Positions 14,826 to 25,783 are shown, counted from the stretch's first letter. The stretch is DNA of 64,000 bases from Pseudomonadota bacterium (GCA_036339995.1 JAYYZW010000119.1:691-64690), one strand, 5' to 3'. Notes: a model not told the origin generated them from the sequence alone. Program-made: numbers and translations.

Positions 14826-15355
14826 ATGTGCAGCCTCCGGAAATTCGTGTCGGGCACGCCACGTTCCCACATTTCCTCGATCCGGTCGACAAGCCCTGCG
14901 GCGATCCGCCTGTCGTTGAAATCCGCCGTCCCTTCGAAGCGAGCGGAAAACTGGCGATGTACGTATCCTGTGTTATCGGCAACGAGGATCGCTTCATTAA
15001 ATTGTTTGTGCTGAGGCGCTGGCGCGCGAATTTCAATGTAACTCGGCAGACGCGAACTCAGTTCCAGCACCCGGTGACCGGTAGAAATGAGCGGTCTGGA
15101 TTCAATGATGAACAGCCTTATCTGCGCAGTTCGGTTCTTCAAGGCCATATTCTTGAGGGCGTCGGCGAAGGCCTCATTATCGTAGATGGCAGGGTCTAGA
15201 TGGCGGCTGACGATGATCAGCGACTGTCTGCATTGCTGGGCCATCATCACACTGATCACGGCGAGCGATGTGTGATCGTCGAACGTCAGCGGCTCGGCCG
15301 TCCCTCCTAGGACGGCGCCTTCATAGCCGACGGCTTCATCGCGGACCTCAGACAT
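14822..15355 (-). CDS. hypothetical cytoplasmic protein
   Basis: 177 aa ORF. 8-nt overlap with the purB 3' end and ATGA overlap with the downstream secretin-N gene. No TM helix. No family recognised. Confidence 0.5.
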   Translation of the reverse strand: MSEVRDEAVGYEGAVLGGTAEPLTFDDHTSLAVISVMMAQQCRQSLIIVSRHLDPAIYDNEAFADALKNMALKNRTAQIRLFIIESRPLISTGHRVLELSSRLPSYIEIRAPAPQHKQFNEAILVADNTGYVHRQFSARFEGTADFNDRRIAAGLVDRIEEMWERGVPDTNFRRLHI

Positions 15356-16745
15356 CTTTGGCCAGCGCCGCTGCGTTGCCGGTGTAATTCGCGGGAGTCA
15401 ACGCCTTGAGCGCCCGTTTGGCGTCCGTCGTTATATCCAGCCGGTCAATGAATTTTCCTAGGCTTTCACGGTCGATCCGTTGCCCACGGGTCAGTTTTTT
15501 CAACTGCTCGTAGGAATCGCTGATCCCATGGCGGCGCATGATCGTTTGAATCGGCTCGGCCAGTACTTCCCATGCATGATCGAGGTCGTGTGCGAGGCGA
15601 TCTTTGTCGATCTCGAGTTTACCCAGACCCATGAGCAGCGATCGGTAGGCGATCACGGAGTAAGCAAGGGCACTGCCCAGATTTCGCAGCACGGTCGAAT
15701 CAGTGAGGTCGCGCTGCATTCTCGAAAGCGGTAGCTTCCGTGCAAAGTGATCGAGCAGCGCATTGGCGACGCCGAGATTACCCTCGGCGTTTTCGAAGTC
15801 GATCGGATTCACTTTATGCGGCATGGTCGAAGATCCGACTTCGTCATCGACATGGTGCTGCCTGAAATAGCCGATCGAAATATAGCTCCAGATATCGCGG
15901 CACAGGTCCATAAAAATCGTGTTCGTGCGCGCGAGAGCATCGGCGAATTCGGCGATACAGTCATGCGGTTCGATTTGGGTCGTATGTGAATTCCAGCTGA
16001 GTCCGAGGCTCAGCACGAAACGCTCGCTCAAGCGCGGCCAGTCGACATTCGGATAAGCCGCAAGGTGGGCGTTGTAGTTGCCGACGGCGCCGTTCATTTT
16101 CCCGAGCAGGGCAACTTGTTCCAGAGCATCTATCTGGCGGCGGAGGCGGACGGCGAAATTCGCCATTTCTTTGCCCATCGTCGTGGGCGACGCGGGCTGG
16201 CCGTGGGTACGCGACAGCATCGCGTCGCCGGCATGCGCAGCGCCGAGGGACGCAAGCCTGCACAGCAGTTCGTTCATGGCCGGGAGCAATACGTCGGTGC
16301 GTGCATCGCTCAGCATCATGCCGTAAGCGAGGTTGTTGATGTCCTCGCTGGTACAGGCGAAATGAATGAACGGTATGGCGGCATCGAGGGTCCGATGTTC
16401 CGCGAAACATTCGCGCAGGTAATATTCGACCGCCTTGACGTCATGGTTGGTGGTCGCTTCGATCTGCTTGATCTTTGCAGCTTCGGCCTCATCGAACGAA
16501 TGCAATAGGCCTTCGAGAATACCGCTTTTCGAGTCGTCGAATGCCGGTAGCTCCGTAATCGAGTTTTCAGCGCCCAAGGCCTGCAGCCAGCGGACTTCGA
16601 CGACGACACGATAGCGCATGAGGCCAAATTCGCTGCATATGCGGCGCAGCGGGGCCGTGTGCCTGGCGTACCGGCCGTCCACCGGCGAAACGGCGTTGAG
16701 TTCTGACAGCGGCGTTGCGTCGCCGGCGGGGGGTGTCATGGACAC
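15348..16745 (-). CDS. purB: adenylosuccinate lyase
   Basis: 465 aa with AVSPVDGRYARH... matching the PurB N-terminus. Alternative start at ATG 16739 gives an ATGA overlap with the upstream aldo-keto reductase stop. Confidence 0.9.
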   Translation of the reverse strand: MSMTPPAGDATPLSELNAVSPVDGRYARHTAPLRRICSEFGLMRYRVVVEVRWLQALGAENSITELPAFDDSKSGILEGLLHSFDEAEAAKIKQIEATTNHDVKAVEYYLRECFAEHRTLDAAIPFIHFACTSEDINNLAYGMMLSDARTDVLLPAMNELLCRLASLGAAHAGDAMLSRTHGQPASPTTMGKEMANFAVRLRRQIDALEQVALLGKMNGAVGNYNAHLAAYPNVDWPRLSERFVLSLGLSWNSHTTQIEPHDCIAEFADALARTNTIFMDLCRDIWSYISIGYFRQHHVDDEVGSSTMPHKVNPIDFENAEGNLGVANALLDHFARKLPLSRMQRDLTDSTVLRNLGSALAYSVIAYRSLLMGLGKLEIDKDRLAHDLDHAWEVLAEPIQTIMRRHGISDSYEQLKKLTRGQRIDRESLGKFIDRLDITTDAKRALKALTPANYTGNAAALAKDV

Positions 16746-17776
16746 GGGTTGGAAATCTCCTCATGCACAGCATCGATCGCTTTCAGCAGTTCGCGCGGCA
16801 GCTCCGATCCGCTCGCCTTCAAGTTGTGGTCCAACTGCGCAGTTGAACTTGCGCCTATGATAACGCTGGTTACAAAGGGTTTCGACGCGACGAACGCGAG
16901 TGCCATGTGAACCGGGTCGATCGCGGCGGCAGATGCGATCTCGACGTAACGCCGCGTGGCCTGACGAGCGGCCGTATTCAAATAGCGATCGTGGCGTCCA
17001 AACAAGGTCATGCGTGCGTCCGCCGGGGTCCGACCTTCGAGGTATTTTCCGCTCAGGGTACCGAATCCAAGGGGCGAATAGGCGAGCAGGCTCAGGTGTT
17101 CACGGTGCGCGATTTCGGCCCCGCCGACTTCAAAGCTGCGATTCAGGAGGTTGTAGGGGTTCTGGATCGAAGCGATACGCGGTAAGCCCTGTTGGCCCGC
17201 GATACGCAGAAACTCCATCATCCCCCAGGGCGTCTCGTTCGACAGACCTACGCAGCGAATCTTACCGCTGCGAACGATGTCGTTTAGCGCATGCAGGGTC
17301 TCCTCGATGCTGAACGCCTGTTCGTTTCGAGCCGGCTTGAATCCGAGTTGGCCGAAAAAATTCGCGGCGCGATCGGGCCAGTGCAGTTGAAAGAGGTCAA
17401 TATAGTCCGTTTTAAGCCGCACGAGGCTCGCGTCCACCGCGCGTGCGAGGTTTTCGGCCTTGTGGACAGAACACCCGCCCCGTATCCAGGGCACGAAAGT
17501 GCCGGGGCCTGCCGCCTTCGTTGCGAGCACGATGCGATCCCGGCTGCCCCGTTGCGCTATCCAATCACCTACGATAGATTCCGATTCGCCGTAGGTCGCC
17601 GCTCGCGCCGGAACCGGATACATCTCGGCGGTATCGATCAAGTTGACACCGGTATCGCGGGCCCGATCCAATTGGGCATGCGCCTCCGCTGCGTTATTCT
17701 GTCCGCCGAAGGTCATCGTTCCCAGGCAGAACGCACTCACTTCCAGGTCAGTATTTCCGAGCTTGCGATATTCCAT
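16736..17776 (-). CDS. aldo-keto reductase, Tas-like
   Basis: 346 aa. MEYRKLGNTDLEVSAFCLGTMTFGGQN... closely parallels E. coli Tas. Confidence 0.85.
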   Translation of the reverse strand: MEYRKLGNTDLEVSAFCLGTMTFGGQNNAAEAHAQLDRARDTGVNLIDTAEMYPVPARAATYGESESIVGDWIAQRGSRDRIVLATKAAGPGTFVPWIRGGCSVHKAENLARAVDASLVRLKTDYIDLFQLHWPDRAANFFGQLGFKPARNEQAFSIEETLHALNDIVRSGKIRCVGLSNETPWGMMEFLRIAGQQGLPRIASIQNPYNLLNRSFEVGGAEIAHREHLSLLAYSPLGFGTLSGKYLEGRTPADARMTLFGRHDRYLNTAARQATRRYVEIASAAAIDPVHMALAFVASKPFVTSVIIGASSTAQLDHNLKASGSELPRELLKAIDAVHEEISNPCP

Positions 17777-17903
17777 AAACAGAGATTCGTGATGATTCGA
17801 TCTAAATTGACTTCGAGGCCGGCCGATAGGCCCCCGAAATCGAATACTAAGCCGCCCCGACCCGTTCGCGCCGGTTCAGCGGTACGACTTCGGAGTCGGC
17901 TTG

Positions 17904-18527
17904 ATGCCTGAATGCTCCGTTGCCCAGCGATTCCGCGGATTTCTCCCCGTTATCATCGACGTGGAAACGGGAGGTTTCAATTCGCAAACCGACGCGCTGC
18001 TGGAAATCGCCGCGGTATTGATCGACATCGATGAGGCGCGGGGGTGGCACAGGCGCACCACGATTGGTTGCCACGTCACGCCCTTCGAAGGCGCTAATCT
18101 CGACAAAAGTTCGCTCGAATTCAACAAGATCGACCCGTATCACCCTTTTCGGCTCGCGATCGACGAAGGCGAGGCTCTCGAGAAGATCTTCGAAACCATC
18201 CGGGCCGAAATTACGCGCCAAGAATGCAGCCGGGCGATCCTTGTCGGTCACAACCCGACCTTCGACCTCACTTTCGTCAAGGCCGCAGCGTCGCGTAGCG
18301 GCATCAAAAAGCTCCCCTTTCACAATTTCAGCACCTTCGATACGGCGGCCCTGGCGGGTGTGGCGTTCGGCCAGACCGTACTCGCGCGCGCCGTGCTGGC
18401 CGCGGGTCTCGACTGGGACGCTGACGAGGCGCATTCCGCCATTTACGACGCTGAACGTACGGCCGATCTCTTCTGTGAAATCGTCAATCGCTGGGACCGG
18501 TACTTGGATGCCGCCGAAGTTCCTTAG
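17904..18527 (+). CDS. rnt: ribonuclease T
   Basis: DEDDh exonuclease. FRGFLPVIIDVETGGFN and HSAIYDAERTADLFCEIVNRW match RNase T. ATG at 17904 preferred over TTG at 17901. Confidence 0.9.
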   Translation: MPECSVAQRFRGFLPVIIDVETGGFNSQTDALLEIAAVLIDIDEARGWHRRTTIGCHVTPFEGANLDKSSLEFNKIDPYHPFRLAIDEGEALEKIFETIRAEITRQECSRAILVGHNPTFDLTFVKAAASRSGIKKLPFHNFSTFDTAALAGVAFGQTVLARAVLAAGLDWDADEAHSAIYDAERTADLFCEIVNRWDRYLDAAEVP

Positions 18528-18578
18528 CGCGCCTATTGCATGACAGACGGCGGCATAGTGTGAGCAGGGCGCGGGAAC

Positions 18579-19892
18579 TCAATCCTTGTGGATCCGCTGG
18601 CGCCAGCGGTCCGCGCTGGCCTTGAGCTCACGCGTGTCGAGTGTGGTGAGTTGGCCTTGTTGCACGACATGGCGGCCGCCAACCCATACTTCGCTCACCT
18701 GGTCGCGGTGTGCGCCGTAGACGACATGCGATACGGGATCGTAGAGCGGCCGGGCCTCGAACCCGGCGAGATCGATCGCGACGAGATCCGCCAGCTTGCC
18801 GTGCTCGATCGTGCCGAGGAGGTGGTCGAGGCCGAGCGCTTTCGCGCCATTGAGCGTCGCCATGCGCAACGCCGCGGCGGCCGGCAGGGCGCAGGGATCA
18901 CCGGCAAGGCCCTTGGCCAGGAGTGACGCGGTGCGCATCTCGCTCAGCATGTCGAGATCGTTATTACTGGCCGCGCTATCGGTACCGCAGGCGACATTGA
19001 TCCCTTGCGCCACGAGCTCCGCAACGGGACAAAAGCCGCTGGCGAGCTTGAGGTTGCTTTCCGGGCAATGCACGACATGCGTTCCAGTGCGGCTCAAAAT
19101 CTCGATCTCCTCCGAATCCAGCGCAGTCATGTGCACGGCCACCAGGCGAGGTGACTGCAGACCCAGTGCGCCAAGACGTCGCAGGGGCCGCATTTTCGTC
19201 GCGGCTAGCGCGTCGTCGATCTCGCGCTGGGTTTCATGCAGGTGAATGTGAATGGGGAGATCAAGTTCGTTAGATAGGGTCGCGATGCGGCGCAGCGCGT
19301 CATCGTCGACCGTATAGGGTGAGTGGGGCGCGAACGCGGTCGTGATCAATGGATGTGAGCGAAATCGATCGTGGACTTCTTCTCCTTTACGGAGATATTC
19401 GTCAACATTGTGAGCCCAGGTGCTCGGAAAACCGATCACGATCATCCCGATGACGGCGCGTATACCCGCTTCGACCGCCGCTGCCGCGGCTTCGTCGGGG
19501 AAAAAATACATGTCGTTGAAGCAGGTCGTACCGCCCAGAAGCATTTCCGCGGCGGCCAGGCGGGTACCTTCGCGCACGAATTCTCGATTGACGAATGACG
19601 CCTCGGCCGGCCAGATGTGCTGTTCCAGCCATTCCATCAGCGGGCGATCGTCAGCCATCCCGCGAAACAAGCTCATCGCCGCGTGCGTGTGTGCGTTGAT
19701 CAATCCGGGGATCAGGACGTGTTCGGTACAGTCGACTTCCACGACCGCATGCGACGGCCGCCGCCAATCGGCGGTGGGTATGATCGAGGTGATGCGCGCG
19801 TCGTCGATAAGGATCGTGTGCCGTTCGTAAACCACGCCTTCTGGTTCGACCGGTATGACCCAACCCGCATGAATCGCCTGCATCGTGTCCAT
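18579..19892 (-). CDS. mtaD: 5-methylthioadenosine/S-adenosylhomocysteine deaminase-type amidohydrolase
   Basis: TRZ/ATZ-family amidohydrolase motifs (PGLINAHTH, HLHET). Start chosen at MDTMQAIHAGWVIPVEP by N-terminal alignment to MtaD. The ORF could extend to 19958. Confidence 0.75.
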   Translation of the reverse strand: MDTMQAIHAGWVIPVEPEGVVYERHTILIDDARITSIIPTADWRRPSHAVVEVDCTEHVLIPGLINAHTHAAMSLFRGMADDRPLMEWLEQHIWPAEASFVNREFVREGTRLAAAEMLLGGTTCFNDMYFFPDEAAAAAVEAGIRAVIGMIVIGFPSTWAHNVDEYLRKGEEVHDRFRSHPLITTAFAPHSPYTVDDDALRRIATLSNELDLPIHIHLHETQREIDDALAATKMRPLRRLGALGLQSPRLVAVHMTALDSEEIEILSRTGTHVVHCPESNLKLASGFCPVAELVAQGINVACGTDSAASNNDLDMLSEMRTASLLAKGLAGDPCALPAAAALRMATLNGAKALGLDHLLGTIEHGKLADLVAIDLAGFEARPLYDPVSHVVYGAHRDQVSEVWVGGRHVVQQGQLTTLDTRELKASADRWRQRIHKD

Positions 19893-19960
19893 TGTTGATT
19901 CGTTTTCAAGCCGGCGAGCGCCGGTTGGGCTAAAGTACCACAGACCCGAGGAGAACATAG

Positions 19961-21004
19961 GTGATTAAAACTGTCGACGGCCCCGTCCCCCTTCGCTGGG
20001 AAAACGAGCGGCTCGTGCTGCTCGATCAAACGCGCCTTCCGCACGAGATCGCTTACGTTGAATGTCATTCGGCCGAAGACGTCTGCACCGCCATTCGGAC
20101 TATGGTGGTTCGCGGCGCTCCCGCGATAGGTGTCGCCGCGGCCTACGGTGTGGCGCTTGCGGCGCGTCGGCGCTTCAAGGAAGCGGGCGCAGGATGGCGC
20201 GAAGCGATGCAACCGGACATCGACGCTCTGGCGACCTCGCGGCCGACTGCCGTTAACCTGACTTGGGCCCTCAAGTTTATGAGCGATGGGCTAGAGGACC
20301 TCGCCACGGAGCCCTACCCTTTATTACTCGCCCGTGCGCAGACGCTGCATAGAGAAGACGTCGAATCGAACAAAGCGCTCGGAGATTTCGGTGCGCGCCT
20401 GATCGCGCCGCGTTCGGGCGTGCTTACGCACTGCAACGCAGGGGCGTTGGCGACGGCCGGATATGGGACTGCGCTCGGCGTCATTCGCAGCGCATGGCGT
20501 GACGGCCGCTTATCGGAAGTATTCGCGACCGAGACCCGTCCCTGGCTGCAGGGCGCACGACTGACCGCGTGGGAACTCCACAAGGACGGCATCGACCCGA
20601 TCCTCATCGCCGACAACGCTGCGGCCTACCTCATGCAGCAGGGACGAATCCATTGGGCCATCACCGGCGCGGATAGAATCGCGGCCAACGGCGATACTGC
20701 GAACAAGATTGGAACCTACGCGCTGGCGACGCTCGCGCGTGCCCACGGTGTGAAATTCATGGTGGCCGCGCCACTGTCGAGCATCGACCGCGACGCTCCG
20801 ACCGGCGCCGATATTCCAATTGAACATCGAGACGCATCGGAGCTTACCCATCTTGCCGGCCGCCCGGTGGCCGCAGCCGGCGTACGCGTACTCAATCCCG
20901 TATTCGACGTTACCCCGGCGCATTTGATCGATGTCCTGACGACCGAAAAAGGGGTCGTCGAGAAGCCCGATCAAGCGGCCGTAGCGCGTCTTTTCGAGCG
21001 CTGA
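19961..21004 (+). CDS. mtnA: S-methyl-5-thioribose-1-phosphate isomerase
   Basis: 347 aa, eIF-2B alpha/beta/delta-like MtnA. GTG start with a GAGGAGAA RBS. Divergent from mtaD with only about 70 bp between the starts. Confidence 0.85.
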   Translation: MIKTVDGPVPLRWENERLVLLDQTRLPHEIAYVECHSAEDVCTAIRTMVVRGAPAIGVAAAYGVALAARRRFKEAGAGWREAMQPDIDALATSRPTAVNLTWALKFMSDGLEDLATEPYPLLLARAQTLHREDVESNKALGDFGARLIAPRSGVLTHCNAGALATAGYGTALGVIRSAWRDGRLSEVFATETRPWLQGARLTAWELHKDGIDPILIADNAAAYLMQQGRIHWAITGADRIAANGDTANKIGTYALATLARAHGVKFMVAAPLSSIDRDAPTGADIPIEHRDASELTHLAGRPVAAAGVRVLNPVFDVTPAHLIDVLTTEKGVVEKPDQAAVARLFER

Positions 21005-21043
21005 GATCGCGGCGTCGAAAAGGTGCGCCGGGGGTCCCCCGCA

Positions 21044-21070
21044 TGCTATAATATGCAGGTCTAGTAGACC
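21044..21070 (+). promoter_or_regulatory. candidate gyrA promoter: extended -10 (TGcTATAAT) followed by the perfect palindrome GGTCTAgTAGACC
   Basis: TGCTATAAT at 21044-21052, about 60 bp upstream of the gyrA ATG. The palindrome lies immediately downstream. No good -35 hexamer, which is consistent with an extended -10 promoter. Confidence 0.35.
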
Positions 21071-21110
21071 TAGAACTCCCCTTTAAAATCAACTAGTTAA
21101 ATACACTCTG

Positions 21111-23675
21111 ATGGCCGATATCGCGCGCCAGTTACTGCCGGTCAATATCGAGGACGAGATGCGGCAGTCGTACATGGATTACGCCATGAGCGTAATCGTC
21201 GGCCGTGCCCTTCCGGACGCCCGCGACGGGCTCAAACCGGTGCACCGTCGCGTACTCTACGCGATGCAGGAAGCGAACAATCTCTGGAATCGGCCCTACG
21301 TCAAATGCGCTCGCGTCGTCGGCGAGGTAATGGGTAAATACCATCCCCATGGCGACAGTGCCATCTACGATACCCTGGTCCGTATGGCACAGGATTTTTC
21401 CCTGCGCTACACGCTGATCGACGGCCAAGGCAATTTCGGATCGGTCGACGGCGATGCGCCCGCGGCAATGCGTTACACCGAATGCCGACTCGATCGGGTC
21501 GCAAGCGAGCTGCTCGCCGATATCGACATGGAGACGGTCGATTTCGCGCCAAACTACGACGGTAAGGAGCACGAGCCAACGGTTCTGCCTTCGCGTATTC
21601 CCAACCTGCTGGTCAATGGCTCCAGCGGCATCGCTGTCGGCATGGCGACGAACATCGCGCCGCATAATCTGAACGAAGTAATCGACGCCTGCGTCGCCCT
21701 GGTCGATGATCCGAGCCTCGAAATCGACCAGTTGATGGGCTATATCCCAGGTCCCGATTTCCCCACGGCGGGTATCATCAACGGTTCGGCAGGGATCCGT
21801 GAAGCCTATCGCACGGGCCGCGGGCGAATTTACGTGAGAGCCCGTACCGAGATTGAAGACGCCGATACCGACGCGTCGCGCATCGTCATCTCTGAATTAC
21901 CGTACCAGGTTAACAAGGCCCGGCTTATCGAGAAGATCGCGGAACTGGTCAAAGAGAAAAAGATCGAAGGTATTCGACAGGATGGATTGCGCGACGAATC
22001 GGACAAGGACGGGATGCGCATCGTCATCGAACTCAAGCGTGGCGAGTTGGCAGAAGTGCTGCTCAACAATTTGTACCGGCATACGCAGATGCAATCCGTA
22101 TTCGGCATTAATACCGTTGCGCTCGTCGACGGTCAACCCAAAACGCTCAATTTGCGCGAGCTGCTCGATTGCTTTTTGCGCCACCGCCGTGAGGTCGTTA
22201 CTCGGCGCACCCTGTTCGAACTCGGCAAAGCACGCGATCGCGCCCATGTGCTGGAAGGGCTCGCCGTGGCGCTGGCGAATATCGACGCGATCATCACGCT
22301 GATCAAGGCGTCCCCGACGCCCGCCGACGCGCGCGAGGGCCTGCTAAACCAGGCCTGGGAGCCAGGACTGGTATTGACCATGCTGGAGCGCGCAGGGGCG
22401 GACGTATCACGGCCCGAGAACCTGCCGCAGGAGTACGGCCTCAAATCCCTCGGCTACCATTTGTCCGAGCGCCAGGCCAAAGAGATTCTCGAGATGCGCC
22501 TGCAACGGCTGACGGCGCTCGAGCAGGACAAGATTCTCGATGAATACCGCGAAGTGCTGGAGCGTATTGACGATCTGCTCGATATTCTGCAGCGGCCCGA
22601 CCGCTTGATGCAGGTCATTCGCGATGAATTATTGGAGATTCGCGAGCGCTACGGCGACCCGCGCCGCACTGAAATCGTGGAGATGCAGAAACACCTTTCC
22701 CTGGAGGACCTCATTTCCGAAGAGGACGTGGTCGTGACCTTGTCGCATGCCGGTTACGCAAAATCACAGCCGATCGAGGTCTACCGGTCGCAGCGGCGGG
22801 GCGGCAGGGGCAAGACGGCGACCACTACGAAGGACGAAGATTTTGTCGACAAACTGTTCATTGCCAACACACACGATACATTATTGTGCTTCTCCAACAG
22901 CGGTAAACTGTACTGGTTGAAAGTTTACGAGTTGCCGCAGGCCGGGCGTACTGCGCGTGGACGGCCGCTGGTCAACCTGCTGCCGCTGGCAGACGGCGAG
23001 CGCATTACTGCGGTGCTGCCGATCAAGGAGTTCGATCCGGAATTGTTCGTCGTCATGGCAACCGCGCGTGGCATCATCAAGAAAACCTCGCTGGCGAATT
23101 TCTCGCGGCCCCGCGCCTCGGGCATTATCGCCGTCGATCTCGTCGCCGATGACCGCTTGGTCGGCGTATCGCTGACCCAGGGTGCGAGCGACATCATGCT
23201 CGTCAGCTCGGGCGGCAAGGCCGTTCGATTCTCGGAAACCCACGTTCGACCCATGGGCCGTACGGCACGCGGAGTGCGCGGTATCAAGCTCCGCGAAGGG
23301 CAGGAAGTGATCGCGCTGATTCCCATTGAGGGCGAGGGCACCATCCTGTTCGCGACGGCCAAGGGTTACGGAAAGCGCACGCGCTATGCGGAATTTCCGC
23401 TCAGGGGGCGCGGCGGCCAGGGCGTGATCGCGATCCAGGCCAACGAGCGCAACGGTGCGGTCGTTGGCGCCGTATCGGTTGCAGAAGATGACGAAATCAT
23501 GCTGATCAGTGACGGCGGCATCCTGGTAAGAACGCCGGTCGAAGGCATTTCAATCATCGGCCGTATTACTCAGGGTATCCGACTGATAGCCCTGGGCGAG
23601 GGAGAGCAGCTCGTTGGGGTTGAACCCATCGCCGATCTCAATGGCAACGACGAAGCCGCTGAAGAAGCCGATTAG
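21111..23675 (+). CDS. gyrA: DNA gyrase subunit A
   Basis: 854 aa. QRD-containing N-terminus and the active-site region AAMRYTE. C-terminal beta-pinwheel repeats present. Confidence 0.95.
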   Translation: MADIARQLLPVNIEDEMRQSYMDYAMSVIVGRALPDARDGLKPVHRRVLYAMQEANNLWNRPYVKCARVVGEVMGKYHPHGDSAIYDTLVRMAQDFSLRYTLIDGQGNFGSVDGDAPAAMRYTECRLDRVASELLADIDMETVDFAPNYDGKEHEPTVLPSRIPNLLVNGSSGIAVGMATNIAPHNLNEVIDACVALVDDPSLEIDQLMGYIPGPDFPTAGIINGSAGIREAYRTGRGRIYVRARTEIEDADTDASRIVISELPYQVNKARLIEKIAELVKEKKIEGIRQDGLRDESDKDGMRIVIELKRGELAEVLLNNLYRHTQMQSVFGINTVALVDGQPKTLNLRELLDCFLRHRREVVTRRTLFELGKARDRAHVLEGLAVALANIDAIITLIKASPTPADAREGLLNQAWEPGLVLTMLERAGADVSRPENLPQEYGLKSLGYHLSERQAKEILEMRLQRLTALEQDKILDEYREVLERIDDLLDILQRPDRLMQVIRDELLEIRERYGDPRRTEIVEMQKHLSLEDLISEEDVVVTLSHAGYAKSQPIEVYRSQRRGGRGKTATTTKDEDFVDKLFIANTHDTLLCFSNSGKLYWLKVYELPQAGRTARGRPLVNLLPLADGERITAVLPIKEFDPELFVVMATARGIIKKTSLANFSRPRASGIIAVDLVADDRLVGVSLTQGASDIMLVSSGGKAVRFSETHVRPMGRTARGVRGIKLREGQEVIALIPIEGEGTILFATAKGYGKRTRYAEFPLRGRGGQGVIAIQANERNGAVVGAVSVAEDDEIMLISDGGILVRTPVEGISIIGRITQGIRLIALGEGEQLVGVEPIADLNGNDEAAEEAD

Positions 23676-23733
23676 GTCTACACCGCCCGCAGGGTGGCCG
23701 CGGACTCGAATTCCTGGATCGGGGTAAGGATTC

Positions 23734-24819
23734 ATGTCGTCTGATCAGCACATCAGCAATTTACGAAATGACATCGACGCGATCGATGACGAGCTCGTAG
23801 GTTTGTTGAACCGCCGTGCAGCGCTCACGATTGAAGTGGGTGAGATAAAGCGTGCTGGCGACGGCGAGGCGCAGTTTTATCGCCCTGAACGCGAAGCGCA
23901 AATATTGCGGCGACTGTTGCAAAGCAATGCGGGTCCGATTTCGGACGAAGATCTGGCGAGGCTGATGCGCGAGATCATTGCGACCTGCCTCTCGCTCGAG
24001 CAGGGATTGCGCATCGCCTATCTCGGTCCGGAAGGGACTTTTACCCATCTAGCCTTGCTCAAGCATTTCGGCGGCGCGGTAGAACCGATCGCCGTGACCA
24101 GCATCTCGGAAGTGTTCCGTGAAGTCGAGGCGCGCGCGAGTGACTATGGCGTTGTTCCCGTGGAAAATTCCCTCGAAGGCTCGGTGAACCAAACGCTCGA
24201 CTGCCTGGGCGAATCAAGCTTGGTGATCTGTGGCGAAATCATTCTTCCCGTGCACCACCAGCTTCTAAGTACGGAAGCCGCGCTCCACGATATTCAGCGG
24301 GTGTATGCGCATGAACAGGCATTGGCACAGTGTCGCGCCTGGCTCGATCGGAATCTGCCGGGTGCCGAACGCTCAGCACTCAGCAGTAATGCCGCCGCCG
24401 CCGAACGCGCGCGAAGCGAATCAGGCGCTGGCGCGATTGCGAGCAAGCAGGCGGGAGAACAGTACGGGCTCGATGTGCGCGCATCAAACATCGAAGATCA
24501 TCCGCAGAACACGACGCGATTTGCGGTACTCGGGCGTTCCATACCTCAGGCGACGGGGGAGGACGTGACCTCGATCATGTTCAGCATGCCGAACGAGCCG
24601 GGCGCTCTTCATAGCCTCTTGAGCGTGCTTGCGGCGGCGGGGATCAGCATGTCGCGTATCGAATCACGCCCGAAGCGCACGGGCGATTGGGACTATTTGT
24701 TTTTCGTGGATCTGCTCGGTCATTGCAATGATGCCGATATCGCCTCGGCGCTGAGTGAAATGGAATCCCGTGCAGCACTGTTCAAGGTGCTCGGCAGCTG
24801 CCCACGAGCGATAGTTTGA
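23734..24819 (+). CDS. pheA: bifunctional chorismate mutase / prephenate dehydratase
   Basis: 361 aa. N-terminal CM domain, PDT domain and a C-terminal ACT domain. Confidence 0.9.
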   Translation: MSSDQHISNLRNDIDAIDDELVGLLNRRAALTIEVGEIKRAGDGEAQFYRPEREAQILRRLLQSNAGPISDEDLARLMREIIATCLSLEQGLRIAYLGPEGTFTHLALLKHFGGAVEPIAVTSISEVFREVEARASDYGVVPVENSLEGSVNQTLDCLGESSLVICGEIILPVHHQLLSTEAALHDIQRVYAHEQALAQCRAWLDRNLPGAERSALSSNAAAAERARSESGAGAIASKQAGEQYGLDVRASNIEDHPQNTTRFAVLGRSIPQATGEDVTSIMFSMPNEPGALHSLLSVLAAAGISMSRIESRPKRTGDWDYLFFVDLLGHCNDADIASALSEMESRAALFKVLGSCPRAIV

Positions 24820-24829
24820 GCATCGACCG

Positions 24830-25783
24830 GTGCGTGTACGCCGAACCAGTCAGGTGATCGACACACTGGTCATCATCGGGGTGGGCCTCATCGGCGGTTC
24901 CCTGGCGCGGGCCTTGCGGCGGTCCGGCGTGGTCGGCGAGATCGTCGGCGTCGGACGCAGCGCGGCGAACCTCGAGGCGGCAGTCGATCTAGGCGTGGTC
25001 GATCGGTTTGAGTTCGATGCCGCCAAAGCGGTTAGAGGCGCGGACATGGTGGTGGTCGCCGTAACGCTTGGTGCCTCGGCTGAAATTCTCGAAACTATCG
25101 GCCCGGCCCTCGACGAAAACACCTTCGTGACCGATGTCGGGTCGACCAAGTTGAGCGTCGTGGTGTCGGCGCGAGCGGCGCTCGGCGCACGGTTTCCAAA
25201 CTTCGTCCCAGGCCATCCGATCGCCGGCACCGAACTGAGTGGCGTGAAAGCCTCCTTTGCCGAACTCTTTGAAGATCACAAGGTGATTTTGACGCCGCTG
25301 CCGGAAACGCGCGAGGAGGCCCTGCATGCCGTGGCCTCTCTGTGGCGCGCAACAGGCGCCTCGGTGGTCGAGATGGACGCCGCTCATCACGACCAGGTGC
25401 TCGCGGCCACGTCGCATTTGCCGCATCTGCTCGCCTATACGCTGGTCGATATGCTGGCCGCGGCGGAGGATTCCGGCGAGATATTCAAATTCGCGGCGGG
25501 CGGGTTTCGCGATTTCACGCGCATCGCTTCGAGTAATCCCGAGATGTGGCGCGATATCATCCTGGCCAACCGCGAGGCGGTGTTGCCATTATGCGAGGTA
25601 TATGCGGATCGGTTCGGGGCGCTCAGGCGGGCGATCGAAGCGGGAGACGGTGCCGCCCTCGAGGCAATCTTCGAGCGGGCCAAGGATGTCCGCGACCGAT
25701 CATTTATTTCCCCGCACCCGTCCAACTGGCCGGTTGGACGGGTGCGGTACGGGCGCTCAGGCGGTGGAGACGGCGATCAATAA
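24830..25783 (+). CDS. tyrA: prephenate/arogenate dehydrogenase
   Basis: 317 aa, GTG start. Rossmann motif IIGVGLIGGS and prephenate-dehydrogenase core. The C-terminal tail is low-complexity and its frame relation to aroA is ambiguous. Confidence 0.8.
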   Translation: MRVRRTSQVIDTLVIIGVGLIGGSLARALRRSGVVGEIVGVGRSAANLEAAVDLGVVDRFEFDAAKAVRGADMVVVAVTLGASAEILETIGPALDENTFVTDVGSTKLSVVVSARAALGARFPNFVPGHPIAGTELSGVKASFAELFEDHKVILTPLPETREEALHAVASLWRATGASVVEMDAAHHDQVLAATSHLPHLLAYTLVDMLAAAEDSGEIFKFAAGGFRDFTRIASSNPEMWRDIILANREAVLPLCEVYADRFGALRRAIEAGDGAALEAIFERAKDVRDRSFISPHPSNWPVGRVRYGRSGGGDGDQ

